The translations under genes were made by a program, and so were the position numbers. Below, piece after piece: positions 44,786-54,967 of a DNA stretch of 64,000 nt (its first letter is position 1; the number at the start of each line of letters is the position of its first letter). This DNA comes from an uncultured virus (IMG/VR IMGVR_UViG_3300009838_000020). Lineage: Duplodnaviria > Heunggongvirae > Uroviricota > Caudoviricetes. A model generated the notes under the pieces. That model did no database searches, was not told where the DNA came from, and saw only the letters and a list, made by a program, of their open reading frames with translations. The DNA lies in IMG/VR virus record IMGVR_UViG_3300009838_000020; one strand, given 5' to 3'.

Positions 44786-45072
44786 TAATAAATGACGCTT
44801 ATAAACATACAACTCATAAATACTCCAAGCAAAATGCTAAAAATATCTAGCGGGTCGTATTTTTTTGACTTTTTTATAACCCCAATCATTTCTCTGGAAA
44901 AACTGAAAACCCACCAAAGGCATATCATAAATGCTAGTTGAAACACAAAAGGAACGCTGTAAAAAAATCGCATCGTTAAAAAAATAGGATATATTACAAA
45001 ATTGATTGCAAAAGCAAAAACTGCATAAACATGATAGTTGTTTTCAAATATGTAATTTAAAAAATCCTTCAT
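44785..45072 (-). CDS. multi-pass membrane protein
   Basis: Three hydrophobic segments. Confidence 0.55.
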   Translation of the reverse strand: MKDFLNYIFENNYHVYAVFAFAINFVIYPIFLTMRFFYSVPFVFQLAFMICLWWVFSFSREMIGVIKKSKKYDPLDIFSILLGVFMSCMFISVIY

Positions 45073-45074
45073 TT

Positions 45075-45770
45075 TTAATTAAAATATAAATCCATAAACC
45101 CTTTCACACCAACCATTTTCAAAACGTAAGCACGGCTTTCTAAACTAAAAGATTTGTCAACAACTATTTGAGCTGTTGTTTTGCCTTTTAACTTTGTTCT
45201 AGCACCATAATAACCAGCGTTGTAGGCTATCATCACTTTTGCTAAACTGGTTTTTTCGTTTTCTTTTAAGCCTTCAAGCATCCATCTGATTGTAGCTGTG
45301 CCTATCATAATGTTAAACTCAATATTCTTTTCTAGTGCTGACAATATTTGTGTTGTTTCTGCACTGGTAGGCACTCTGTTCTGATTCCATTTTGAAGCTG
45401 TTGAAACCGCTTGGTTAAGAAGCGTTTTTGTTGCTGTAGAAAAAGGTACTTTTACATTTCTACTCCATTTTGTAACAATTTCATAGACCGTGTTTGGAGT
45501 AACTTGCATCAAACCTGTCGCTTTTGCTGAATTTGGCTTGGCATTAACTCCACCGCTTTCAGTACATATAAAAGCTATAATTATACCTCTGTCGATGTCA
45601 AAAACTTTTGCCCACTTGTCGATAAATTTTCCAAAGTCCGTCTCTACTTTTTTAAGCATAGCCGTATTACTAGCCACAACGTTAGGTTTTGAAAAATCAT
45701 AAGTGCCTGACTGGTTTGTGTAAGCCCTATTAAGCTCTGGAACGGTAATGTCGTATTTTGTGTAAGCCAT
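45075..45770 (-). CDS. lytic transglycosylase (SLT)
   Basis: TESGG, ATGLMQV and AYNAG motifs. Confidence 0.85.
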   Translation of the reverse strand: MAYTKYDITVPELNRAYTNQSGTYDFSKPNVVASNTAMLKKVETDFGKFIDKWAKVFDIDRGIIIAFICTESGGVNAKPNSAKATGLMQVTPNTVYEIVTKWSRNVKVPFSTATKTLLNQAVSTASKWNQNRVPTSAETTQILSALEKNIEFNIMIGTATIRWMLEGLKENEKTSLAKVMIAYNAGYYGARTKLKGKTTAQIVVDKSFSLESRAYVLKMVGVKGFMDLYFN

Positions 45771-45772
45771 GA

Positions 45773-45937
45773 TTATTCGTTTAACGGTTCTACTACTGGT
45801 GGTGTGTCGTATTTTTGAACACGTATAACCCCGCCTCTAACTCTTTTTACATTACGTGTTAGGTATTTGGTGACTGCAAAACCAGTCACCGCTATGCCCA
45901 ACAATCCAACAAATAAATAAACTCTACTAACTTTCAT
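45773..45937 (-). CDS. small membrane protein (54 aa)
   Basis: MKVSRVYLFVGLLGIAVTGFAVTKYL... Confidence 0.5.
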   Translation of the reverse strand: MKVSRVYLFVGLLGIAVTGFAVTKYLTRNVKRVRGGVIRVQKYDTPPVVEPLNE

Positions 45938-45970
45938 ATTGATTTTTTAATGAAAGTTGTTGCCAACTCT

Positions 45971-46375
45971 CTATTTTTTCCACAAATTTATAACTCCACC
46001 AGTAAGTAATGCCAGTCCCAGTATGCCTATTATTCCTAATGTTGAAATACCACTTTGTTTTTTTGTGTCATTATCATCTTCGTTTTCTAACACAATTACT
46101 GGCGGTGTGTCTGTTGTCTGATTGTTTGCTGGAGGTGTTGCCTGCTTTACAGCAACCTCTGCCTGCAACATTTCAATTAGCTCTATCTCATAGTCTTCAA
46201 AGTACTCTTTGATTTCTGACAAAGCCTCTTCGTTTTCTGGCGTAGGCTCTTTTTCATAAATGTCTTCTGCTTTTTCAAGCTTATCTAAAAGCTTGTTATA
46301 AGAAAGAAGCATTTTGTCCAATTTTGCACTTACCTTGTAATCTAATTTTTCCAATAAACCTTTTACTGTATCCAT
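45971..46375 (-). CDS. acidic membrane protein, C-terminal TM
   Basis: TM plus WKK. Confidence 0.55.
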   Translation of the reverse strand: MDTVKGLLEKLDYKVSAKLDKMLLSYNKLLDKLEKAEDIYEKEPTPENEEALSEIKEYFEDYEIELIEMLQAEVAVKQATPPANNQTTDTPPVIVLENEDDNDTKKQSGISTLGIIGILGLALLTGGVINLWKK

Positions 46376-46404
46376 GTTTTTTAGTTTTTAATATACAAAT
46401 ATAA

Positions 46405-48132
46405 TTATTTTTTTTGTGCTTTTACGTGTTCGACTGCACGGCTAAAAGCCTCTCTCCAAGTTTCACCTTCCTTTCTGTTTGCTTTTGCATACAAAGTAGC
46501 TTTGACCATAGTGTTTTGTGCTTTTTGCCCAATCGGTAATATCCGTACAGGTAATTGCTTTTTTTGTTGTCGTTTTGGTTTTAAACCATACGACTTTGCT
46601 ATAGCTGTTTGTTTTTTGTTTGTAACCCAAACACCTCCAAACAGATTTTGACCACTGATTTTATTGTTGTCTTCGTCGTTGTAATCGAGAACTACATAAT
46701 CAATTTTGTTACGATAAATGTATCTTGCATCCTCTGGCAATTTGCCTCCTTTTGCAAAAAGTTTCAACTGGTTTTTCGGGATGGCTTCTGGTAATTTTTT
46801 CTTTGATACATGAATGCCACTTATAATTTGATTTCCGTCCATTCCTCCTTGATTGATTTCTCTGCCGTCTTTCAAAACAATTTTTCTAATCAAATCTACT
46901 CCGTAATAATTTTCGTAGTCTGGACGGTCGGTTAGACCTCCCTTTTCGTATTTATTTGGTAGTGCGTTTGCTGTGATTTTTTCACCTAGTTTTGAATATT
47001 TTCTAGTTTTAGGCAAGCTCATTCCTTCTCTTTCTATAATCTTATAATCTTCCGAACTTCCGTCTACTACCATAAACCCGTCTACTGATTTTTTTAATTC
47101 ATTAAAAGCTGTTTTGCCTTTATCAAAAAAATCATCTACAACTTCTAGCGGAACAAATCGTCCTGATTTTTGATACCGCTCCAAAATTCTTTTGGTTATT
47201 ACTTCTTTTGGCACGTTATCCATGTAGACAATAAATATCTTGTACCCTCTTTTTTTAAGAACTTCGACTAAAGGGATATATGATTTTATACTGTTCATTG
47301 TGCCGTCGTAAATCAAATCAAAATCGCATGGAATTCCAATGTTTTTGTCGCTTACTAGAATATTTACAATGTCTTTTGTTTCCAGATGTGTTTGAGAAGC
47401 GTTGTACCCTTCGTATTCTGGTAATTTTGCACGTATTTCGTCGGCATCTATTTTCAATATTTCATCGCTTAATAGAAACGGGCTGTACTTCTTTAAAAAA
47501 GAAGACTTTCCACTCGCAGGGCTACCCCCCATTAAAATAGCAATTGGCTGACCGTTTGTTATACAGACAACTTCTTTTTTAAATTGGTTGATAATTTTTG
47601 CGTGAAGCTTTTTTCTTGACGGTTTATAGTCTCCAGTTTTAGCGTCAAAATGCATTGATTTTGTTTGTGGCAAATCATTGATATAATCGGTCAATCGCTC
47701 AATGCTTTCTTTGTCAATCTTACGCACACCATTTTCGTCTTTTGGTGGCATTGTTGGCAATTTTCCGCCTTGCTTGTAATACTCTGACCAATTTATTTTT
47801 CCTCCATTAGCAAAGGTTTTCCCCATTGAAAGTCCTTGAAAAACATCACTTGCTGGAATAGGGTCAAAGCTTGTGTCTCTTTCAAACCCTAAACCAAATT
47901 TGTTTCTATAATTTTCAAGCTGACTTCTTGAAATACTTCCAACTTCTGCACCATATCCCAAATCCACTATGCCCCATAAATAATCAGGGTCGTCTGGGTC
48001 TGAATTCATAATAAACCAATACCCTTTTCCATAAGGATTAAATATTTTTACAATAACGTTTTGACTCATGCTACTTCCTTTTGGATAGTTAGCAAAAAGC
48101 TTTTTGTCGTCTGACTTAGTAAATAATTTCAT
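46405..48132 (-). CDS. multi-domain protein: DUF2958-like plus zeta-toxin-like P-loop kinase
   Basis: KIFNPYGKGYW...WGIVDLG.GAEVG...ERD; MGGSPASGKS, IDADEIR, YDGT; four xxGG motifs. Confidence 0.75.
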   Translation of the reverse strand: MKLFTKSDDKKLFANYPKGSSMSQNVIVKIFNPYGKGYWFIMNSDPDDPDYLWGIVDLGYGAEVGSISRSQLENYRNKFGLGFERDTSFDPIPASDVFQGLSMGKTFANGGKINWSEYYKQGGKLPTMPPKDENGVRKIDKESIERLTDYINDLPQTKSMHFDAKTGDYKPSRKKLHAKIINQFKKEVVCITNGQPIAILMGGSPASGKSSFLKKYSPFLLSDEILKIDADEIRAKLPEYEGYNASQTHLETKDIVNILVSDKNIGIPCDFDLIYDGTMNSIKSYIPLVEVLKKRGYKIFIVYMDNVPKEVITKRILERYQKSGRFVPLEVVDDFFDKGKTAFNELKKSVDGFMVVDGSSEDYKIIEREGMSLPKTRKYSKLGEKITANALPNKYEKGGLTDRPDYENYYGVDLIRKIVLKDGREINQGGMDGNQIISGIHVSKKKLPEAIPKNQLKLFAKGGKLPEDARYIYRNKIDYVVLDYNDEDNNKISGQNLFGGVWVTNKKQTAIAKSYGLKPKRQQKKQLPVRILPIGQKAQNTMVKATLYAKANRKEGETWREAFSRAVEHVKAQKK

Positions 48133-48143
48133 TTTTAAGTGTA

Positions 48144-50507
48144 TTAATTTTCCGCTCGGTGTTTTGCTGTTTTTTTACAGTTTGGTAATTTTCCGCCTTT
48201 GGCTAAACGCATGGCTCTGTCTCCTTTTGCAAATTCAATAATTTCTTTGCTGGCTGAATTGTTTTTTGTGCCAATAATAGCTGTAGAAACATCCCCGTTC
48301 TTTATTTGTTTTCTGCCAAGACCAACAACAATGTTTAAAATTTCATCGTTTGTCAAGTCGTTTTCGTCAATGTATTTGTTTATGGCATCTACTTTGACTC
48401 CTGTTAATCCGCTAATTTCTAACACGTAACGCTCTCTAGGTGTCAAAACTCTGCCTCCTTTAGCAAACATGTCACCTCCATAATCTTTTCTAAAAGGTGC
48501 GTCAAACTTTATAACCATCTTACCTGTTTGTGGGTCTCTCGAAAATTTATTAAATTCACTGCTGGTAATAAAATATTCTTTGCCTTCTACTTTAATTCTA
48601 GTTCCGTTTTCGCCAGCCAAATCATAGAAGTCGTCTGACAACTTGCCCATTCCTAAACCTCTGTAGGTTATTTTGCCTTCATCTAGGTTTTTTTTGAAAT
48701 TTGGTATGTCGCTTACTTTTGTAACCACCACACCCCCTTTTGCATAATTGTCTTCTGGGTCTTTAAAAAACTCTAGCTCTGATGCGTCATAAGTTTTTTC
48801 GGTGTCATCCACAAACTTTATATGAAACTTTCTGCCGTAAGTTTTAATTACAACTCCAGATTTTCCTCCAATAACGTGAGCCATGTCTCCACTCTCTACT
48901 TCTTGCCATCTAACTTTTTTTTTTACGTCTCCGCCATTAGCATACTGCCCTTCTCTGATATGTTTTTCTAATGATAACTTAACATATCTAGGTAATTCTG
49001 AGGCTTTTGTTTTAACTAATTTTTCCGAATCAATTATTTGGAATCCTGAATTTTTTCCAGCAGATGTTCGCATTGGCTTAGTTGCTCTTTTTGCGACCTC
49101 GTTATACAAATCTTCATTAAGTCCTATTTCCTCTTTATGGTCTGAGAGAAAATGATTTTTTTGTTCGTTGCTCCATATTTTATCCCAAAAATCACCATAA
49201 TAAACTCCTTCGTATTTGTTTTTTATTTTTCCGCCTTTTTCAAAAGGTAGTGGTGGCGTGGTGTCTCTGTAGCCGTTTGACAAATCAACATACATTGTTT
49301 TGCCGTCTTTCGTTTTTATTTTTTGAACGCCTCCAGATAGTGTTTTTACAATTGTATCACCAGCTTCTAAGCCGTGTGAAGATAAAGCTCCGCCTTTGGC
49401 GTAACCATATCCTTTTCGGTGTGGCTTTCCTTTTGAATACCTGTTTTCATGGTCTTCAAAATGATTGTAATATCTTCTGTCTTTCAACAAAGCCCACTTT
49501 GGTCTAGGTTCGTCTTTTGTTTTGCCTCCTTTTGCATAGTTTTCGCTATCAACTTCTACTTTTGAACCAGACGCAATTTGCTCCATAAGTTCTTTGTCAT
49601 GCGGTCTAGCAATAACTTGAACGCTCAAATCTCCCAATTTTTCTACTGGGTGGTCTGGCATAAAGTTTTTGATTTTTTTATAAACAGCGTCTCTGCTTTC
49701 TTTTGTTTTTGCAATAAATACATAAACAGCGTCTACAACTCCTCCTTTTGCAAAAAGTTCACCTGCTGACAGAGCTCCAGTTTCACCAACTAAATCGGTA
49801 TACTGCGTTCCAGACATTCCGTCTAAAACACCTGCTTCGCCTCCAACTGTTTTTGCTGTAGGCACTCCTGCCAAGTCTGCTGTTGAAAGATTTCCCCCAG
49901 CCTGTAGCTTGTAGTCTTTGTTCGGATAAGACGGTGCTAGCCTGTCTGAGCGGTTATCTCTGTTTTCATAATAAACACGACCTCCTTTGCTTTCTCCATA
50001 TTGGTTTTTCCAGCCAGCTTTTGAAACTCTTTTGCCTCTAACTCTAGCTTCTAGCTTTGCGTCTTTTTTGATAGTTGTTCCCGAAATGCCGTCAAGCTCT
50101 TTTCTGTTTTTTACAAAATCCAATAGTTTTGCCATTTCAGCATTCATTGTTTTTTGAATAGCCTCATTGTTTTTTTTCTGCACCTCTTTTGCTCTGGACA
50201 AAGCATCTTTCCAAGTTTCGTTTGGTTTTCGTATCTCTTTGGCTACATCAAAAAGTCTATTTGAACCAGACGTTTTGGGTGTGGCGTTTGGCGAAGACTT
50301 TATAGCTTCTGGGTTTTTTTCTTTCAGCTTGTCAATAATAACATCAAGGTTCTTTTCGGCTTTTGCCAAAACAGCATCGTCGTCTGTTTTAAAGTTTTTC
50401 GTTCCTTTTTTAAGGTCTGATAAAATCTTTTTTTGAGAGTCAGTCAATTTAGACTGGTCTATAAGCTGGAATTTTTGTTCTATATTCATTTTAAAATTCG
50501 TTTTCAA
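48144..50507 (-). CDS. large basic protein with nine [FYL]xxGG motifs
   Basis: LQAGG, FAKGG, YAKGG x3, FEKGG, YANGG, FAKGG, LAKGG; includes a KOW/SH3-like segment. Confidence 0.7.
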   Translation of the reverse strand: MKTNFKMNIEQKFQLIDQSKLTDSQKKILSDLKKGTKNFKTDDDAVLAKAEKNLDVIIDKLKEKNPEAIKSSPNATPKTSGSNRLFDVAKEIRKPNETWKDALSRAKEVQKKNNEAIQKTMNAEMAKLLDFVKNRKELDGISGTTIKKDAKLEARVRGKRVSKAGWKNQYGESKGGRVYYENRDNRSDRLAPSYPNKDYKLQAGGNLSTADLAGVPTAKTVGGEAGVLDGMSGTQYTDLVGETGALSAGELFAKGGVVDAVYVFIAKTKESRDAVYKKIKNFMPDHPVEKLGDLSVQVIARPHDKELMEQIASGSKVEVDSENYAKGGKTKDEPRPKWALLKDRRYYNHFEDHENRYSKGKPHRKGYGYAKGGALSSHGLEAGDTIVKTLSGGVQKIKTKDGKTMYVDLSNGYRDTTPPLPFEKGGKIKNKYEGVYYGDFWDKIWSNEQKNHFLSDHKEEIGLNEDLYNEVAKRATKPMRTSAGKNSGFQIIDSEKLVKTKASELPRYVKLSLEKHIREGQYANGGDVKKKVRWQEVESGDMAHVIGGKSGVVIKTYGRKFHIKFVDDTEKTYDASELEFFKDPEDNYAKGGVVVTKVSDIPNFKKNLDEGKITYRGLGMGKLSDDFYDLAGENGTRIKVEGKEYFITSSEFNKFSRDPQTGKMVIKFDAPFRKDYGGDMFAKGGRVLTPRERYVLEISGLTGVKVDAINKYIDENDLTNDEILNIVVGLGRKQIKNGDVSTAIIGTKNNSASKEIIEFAKGDRAMRLAKGGKLPNCKKTAKHRAEN

Positions 50508-50901
50508 TGTCGTTAAGTAAACTGTCTAAATCAACGTTATCTTCTACATCCTCGTTTCCAGCTGTAGGTGCTGTTGTTGCTGGAGGTGTTGGTGTTGGCT
50601 GTGGAGGCTGAGGCGTGCTTACTGTCTGCTTGGTGCTTTTGGCTTTTGCTTTCAATCTTTGTGCTTCTGGCGTAACTTTAGCTTTTGGTTTTTTCTCCTC
50701 TTCTAAAATGTCAATTTCTGTTTGTGCTAAAAGACTTTTTAAAATATCGGTTAACAAGTCTTTTTCCTCTCCTTGCAAATCAATATCATTAATGGTTTCT
50801 ACATCATTAATCATATTAGTTAATGTTTTTTTTCTGTATTCTGGGTCTTGAAAAGCCAGTACAGTTAAGTTTTTTTCTATGTCATCTAACAAGTAGCTCA
50901 T
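50491..50901 (-). CDS. hypothetical protein
   Basis: Acidic/Pro-rich. Confidence 0.55.
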   Translation of the reverse strand: MSYLLDDIEKNLTVLAFQDPEYRKKTLTNMINDVETINDIDLQGEEKDLLTDILKSLLAQTEIDILEEEKKPKAKVTPEAQRLKAKAKSTKQTVSTPQPPQPTPTPPATTAPTAGNEDVEDNVDLDSLLNDIENEF

Positions 50902-51225
50902 TTACAATATAATAATGTTACCGTTTGCATCAAAACTTATTTCAATTAGCTCTGATAAAAATTGCACCTTTTGGTTTAAGTTATCAAAGTTATTCAAACA
51001 ATCCGAAACTTTTCCATTTTTGTCTACACATTTTACTTCTTCATTTGAAAGTATACTGTTGTCGTTCATTACCTCATAACTAGTATACTTTGCATATACC
51101 TTGTTTGGAGTTAGTGCGGTGTACATAAATTTAAGTTCTCTTTTTGCTTTTGGGTCGCCTAAATTTTCTAAAATTTGCCGTAATGATTGTAGCTGTGAAG
51201 CTGTTATTGAAGCTTGATTTCTCAT
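50902..51225 (-). CDS. hypothetical protein
   Basis: 107 aa ORF. Confidence 0.55.
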   Translation of the reverse strand: MRNQASITASQLQSLRQILENLGDPKAKRELKFMYTALTPNKVYAKYTSYEVMNDNSILSNEEVKCVDKNGKVSDCLNNFDNLNQKVQFLSELIEISFDANGNIIIL

Positions 51226-52898
51226 ATTGAATTTATTTCATTGTTCATTTCTTGTACCTTTTCTGCAAACTTTTTCTTTTTTTCTGCCTCTTGCTCTGGA
51301 GTATCAGAATATTCTCCTGCATTTACCAGACTGTATTTTTCTACTAACATAGATACCACATAAGACCTTATAACGTTTTTTAGTTCTACTTTAGTTGAAG
51401 GAATTGTAAAAACGGTTCTAAAAAATTCGTTTTCAATCATTCGGGTATAAAGTTGCATAATGAATTCTCGCATGTCTAACATTTCTATTGCCAGATAATC
51501 TAAATAATAAAAATATTTAAAAAACACCTCATGTATTGTGTCGAGTAAATCCTTATATTCAACCGTATCGCCTAAAATATCATACCCTGTAGTTGCCATT
51601 GCAAATTGAAAATTTTCGTTAACAACTTTTGTGTTTACAAATGGTTCGTTTCTGTTTTTTTTAATCCAGTTTTTGTACACCTGCATCATAAAATTCATGT
51701 ATACAGGGTTGTAGTATTCAACGTTGCGAAACTGAGCTTGTGTTATGTTTTGCCTTGCTCTTTGTACGCCGTCGTTTTGTGCCATAACTTTTAAAAAAGC
51801 AAAAAAAGTTTGTGCTGACGAGCTTTTACCTAATAGGTTATAAATTCTATCAAAAGACAATTTACAAGACTCATTATAGTCTTTTACTGGCACTGAAATT
51901 GCTGTATTAACTGAATTATCACTTCCTAGTCTAACTGCTGAAATTCTGACTTGTATTCCGTATTTTTCTATGGTACTTGCTATCAAATAGGCTGGCATTA
52001 AATACAAAGCTCGGTTGCCGTCACCTATAGTTAAAAAATTAACTGGAAAAAAAATATCAACATGCTTTACGCTGTCTTTCTTTTTTTCATAAAGTAAATA
52101 ACTTTTTTTGTTACTAGAGGCGTATTTGAGTTTTACATTATTTTGCCCATTGAAAATTTTGCTAGGGTTTGCTGTTTCATAAGTGACCTCTATACCGTCG
52201 CTGTTTTCTTTTAAAAAACACTTGTCTGGGTACGTTTCATGTACCTTAGTAGCTCCTTTTTGTCTGCGGACGCAAGAAAAAGTTCTATTGTCTACTGACA
52301 CATTATAAACCCTGTTGCTTCCGACCATTACCAAGTTTACTTTTTCTGGGTCTGCTACTCCATCTGGGCTTTCAAGATAAAAAAAAGGATTTTTTGTATT
52401 GCTATTTTTTATGTAATCTTTAAGTTCTTGTGAGAAAAATTCAACTGGTCTAAACAAGCCCTGACTAGCCAAAGAAAAGTCAAAAACTCCTCTTTTGTCT
52501 TCGGTAATTTTAATGCGGTCGTTTTTATATAAACCTCCTAAATTTACTATAGCTTCTAAGTTTTCTACAATTTTGCCTGTTGTTTTTTTAATTTTTGTAA
52601 AATTTGCAGTACTAGAATTAACACTGTCCAAAAAAGCGTTTAAATTGGTAAAATTTGAACCAGACACAAAACTTAGAGCACTTGTCGCATAACTTGGTAT
52701 TTTATTTTGACTCCTTAGCTCTTGTACTAGATTGTATGCATCTTCTAGTGATTTATACTGCTTAAAAACAAAGCCGTTACTGAACATGTACGAAAAAGTG
52801 TTTTGACCGCCTGTAATACTATTTTGCGACAAATTATTCACGTACATAGAAAAATCACGTGGCGGTAATGCTTTTATTAGCTCAAAAATGTTGTTCAT
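51222..52898 (-). CDS. hypothetical protein, possible divergent vWA partner of the MoxR ATPase
   Basis: 558 aa, directly after the AAA gene; IASTIEKYGIQVRI...PVKDY resembles vWA-like partners (weak). Confidence 0.45.
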   Translation of the reverse strand: MNNIFELIKALPPRDFSMYVNNLSQNSITGGQNTFSYMFSNGFVFKQYKSLEDAYNLVQELRSQNKIPSYATSALSFVSGSNFTNLNAFLDSVNSSTANFTKIKKTTGKIVENLEAIVNLGGLYKNDRIKITEDKRGVFDFSLASQGLFRPVEFFSQELKDYIKNSNTKNPFFYLESPDGVADPEKVNLVMVGSNRVYNVSVDNRTFSCVRRQKGATKVHETYPDKCFLKENSDGIEVTYETANPSKIFNGQNNVKLKYASSNKKSYLLYEKKKDSVKHVDIFFPVNFLTIGDGNRALYLMPAYLIASTIEKYGIQVRISAVRLGSDNSVNTAISVPVKDYNESCKLSFDRIYNLLGKSSSAQTFFAFLKVMAQNDGVQRARQNITQAQFRNVEYYNPVYMNFMMQVYKNWIKKNRNEPFVNTKVVNENFQFAMATTGYDILGDTVEYKDLLDTIHEVFFKYFYYLDYLAIEMLDMREFIMQLYTRMIENEFFRTVFTIPSTKVELKNVIRSYVVSMLVEKYSLVNAGEYSDTPEQEAEKKKKFAEKVQEMNNEINSI

Positions 52899-52901
52899 TT
52901 T

Positions 52902-54260
52902 TTAATTTTTTGGCAACATGTTTTCAATTTCATCTAACTCTTCTGGTGTGTTGATTTCGTCGATTGGTAATTTGTCTTTTGTTTTCACAATAGAAAGCCA
53001 TCCGTCGTAATCTGTTTTTGATTTTAATATATCCGCTTGCTCTGGTGTAAATAAACTAAAAAATTCATCTAACGAGTCTTTTACCCTTTTTACAGTATCA
53101 GACTCCATGATAGCAATAACCTCAGAATATAATGCTGGGGTAAAAGAAACATCTTCGTTTGGTAACGGTACAACTTTTGTGTTTTTACCAGCATTTTGAC
53201 GAATCATTTTTGAAACATACCATGTTTTTTGAACCGACTGCATTAAACGTATAGAAACAAAAGCTTTTGCTGTAAAGCCCTCATCTACAATTGCTTTTCT
53301 TAGTTTGTTTAGATACAAGTAAATAAAAGCCCATCTTTGTCTTAATATGCCCTCCCACTCAAATCTTTCGTCCACAAATACTTTGTAGGTTGAGCCAGCA
53401 AAACGGTCTTGTAATGATAAATCCTGCTTAAAGTTGGCTTCATACTCGGCATCTTTTGTGTTTAGCAAAGAGTTACCCGTTGCTAGAACAAAAAAGTCAC
53501 CTCTGCTAAATTTTTGACCTCTGGCATTTGTTACTTTTGCGGGCATGTTGTCGCTGTCATATTCCCCTGCTTTTGCCAAAATTGAGTTTAATAAACCTGC
53601 GGTATTTGGGTCTATTTTTGGTAATTCATCTAACAACAAAATACATCCTCTGTTTGTTGGTTGCCCGAATTCATCTAAGTTAGCATAAGCTCTAATCGCT
53701 TTACCTTCTTGATAGCCGTCAATTGTTTGACCGCCTTGTATTTCAAGCTGTGATGTAAATTGGTTACAGTTAATTTCGATTAAATCCCAGTCTAAAAATT
53801 TAGCCAGTGTGCCAGCTAAATAGGTTTTCCCTGTACCTGCTCCTCCGTATAGATAAACATTGTTCCTTGCCAATAAGTCACTTAATACTTTTTGTATAAG
53901 CGGTCTTTTCATTTCGGGTTTTACGGTTAGATTTTTCTTGACTACAACTCCAGAAGCTTGCTGAATGTTCAAAGTCATTACGGCTGGCTGATTTGATAGC
54001 ATTTTTTTCACACTGCTATCTAAGTTGTCAATTGAAATTTTTTCGTCTTCAATTAAATCTCTGACTATTTTTTTAACTTCATTTTCGTCCAAATTGTTGG
54101 TTTTTTTTGAAGCTAACAACTGACTAAGTTGTATCATTTTCTGTGCAACTTCGTCTCCTTGAAATTCTGTTGCTAGTCTTTTTTTTGCCAACTCAACAAC
54201 TTTCTGATTGCTACTTGTGTTTATGGTCTCTAACAGCTGTTCTTTTGTTACTGTATTCAT
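52902..54260 (-). CDS. MoxR/CbbQ-type AAA+ ATPase
   Basis: NVYLYGGAGTGKT, LLLDE, ATGN, QDLSLQDRF. Confidence 0.85.
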   Translation of the reverse strand: MNTVTKEQLLETINTSSNQKVVELAKKRLATEFQGDEVAQKMIQLSQLLASKKTNNLDENEVKKIVRDLIEDEKISIDNLDSSVKKMLSNQPAVMTLNIQQASGVVVKKNLTVKPEMKRPLIQKVLSDLLARNNVYLYGGAGTGKTYLAGTLAKFLDWDLIEINCNQFTSQLEIQGGQTIDGYQEGKAIRAYANLDEFGQPTNRGCILLLDELPKIDPNTAGLLNSILAKAGEYDSDNMPAKVTNARGQKFSRGDFFVLATGNSLLNTKDAEYEANFKQDLSLQDRFAGSTYKVFVDERFEWEGILRQRWAFIYLYLNKLRKAIVDEGFTAKAFVSIRLMQSVQKTWYVSKMIRQNAGKNTKVVPLPNEDVSFTPALYSEVIAIMESDTVKRVKDSLDEFFSLFTPEQADILKSKTDYDGWLSIVKTKDKLPIDEINTPEELDEIENMLPKN

Positions 54261-54262
54261 GG

Positions 54263-54967
54263 TTAATCAAAAATTAAATTTAACACGTTGTTTATTCTTT
54301 CGGAATTCCTGTCTTCAAATATTTGTGCTCTGCCAATGGCTATTTTTGCTAGTGTTTTTGTTTTAAATGTTTTAATAATGTTTGGCGTATTAGCACCTAA
54401 AAACACTTCTACAGCAACTATGTCTGTGTCTGGAACAAAGCTTGTGTCAGATTTTGCTTTATCAAAATCTTCAATAGATTTTCTTAACAATTCATCAAAA
54501 TCTACAGCTTCATCATCGTCTCCAAAACTATCAGCTCCTTCACCCTCACCTTCGCCTTCTCCTTCTCCTTTGTCGTCATCGCTATCGTCGGTATTCGTGC
54601 CGTCATCTGGCTTGCCTTCATTATCGTCCTCGTCGTCGGGCGAATTTATACCTCCTTCGGTTTTTCCGTTATCGTTATTTTCGTCTTCACCGTCGCTTTT
54701 GTCGTCCTTACCATCATTGTCCTCTCCTTCGCCTTTGTCTGGCTCAGGATTGTTGTTTTTGTTTTCGTCTTTACCTTCGTTGTCTTTTGACTCTTTGTCT
54801 TTGTCAAAAGGGTCTTCTACATTGTCGGGCACTTTGTCTGGTGGTGGTGGTGGTGGAAAGCCACCTCCTTCTGGCGGAGTGTCGTTTGGCTCATTAACCC
54901 TTAATATTATGATTTTGTCTCTTTTGAGGTTGTATGTTGTTTTTCCTTTTTCCATTTTATAAATCAT
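54263..54967 (-). CDS. acidic low-complexity protein
   Basis: D/E/G-rich linker. Confidence 0.6.
   Translation of the reverse strand: MIYKMEKGKTTYNLKRDKIIILRVNEPNDTPPEGGGFPPPPPPDKVPDNVEDPFDKDKESKDNEGKDENKNNNPEPDKGEGEDNDGKDDKSDGEDENNDNGKTEGGINSPDDEDDNEGKPDDGTNTDDSDDDKGEGEGEGEGEGADSFGDDDEAVDFDELLRKSIEDFDKAKSDTSFVPDTDIVAVEVFLGANTPNIIKTFKTKTLAKIAIGRAQIFEDRNSERINNVLNLIFD

Noticed and set aside
54288..54962. 224 aa Ser-rich + strand ORF (also 35768..36265, 37828..38229 and other antisense ORFs)
   Set aside because: Shadow frames of low-complexity or biased - strand genes.
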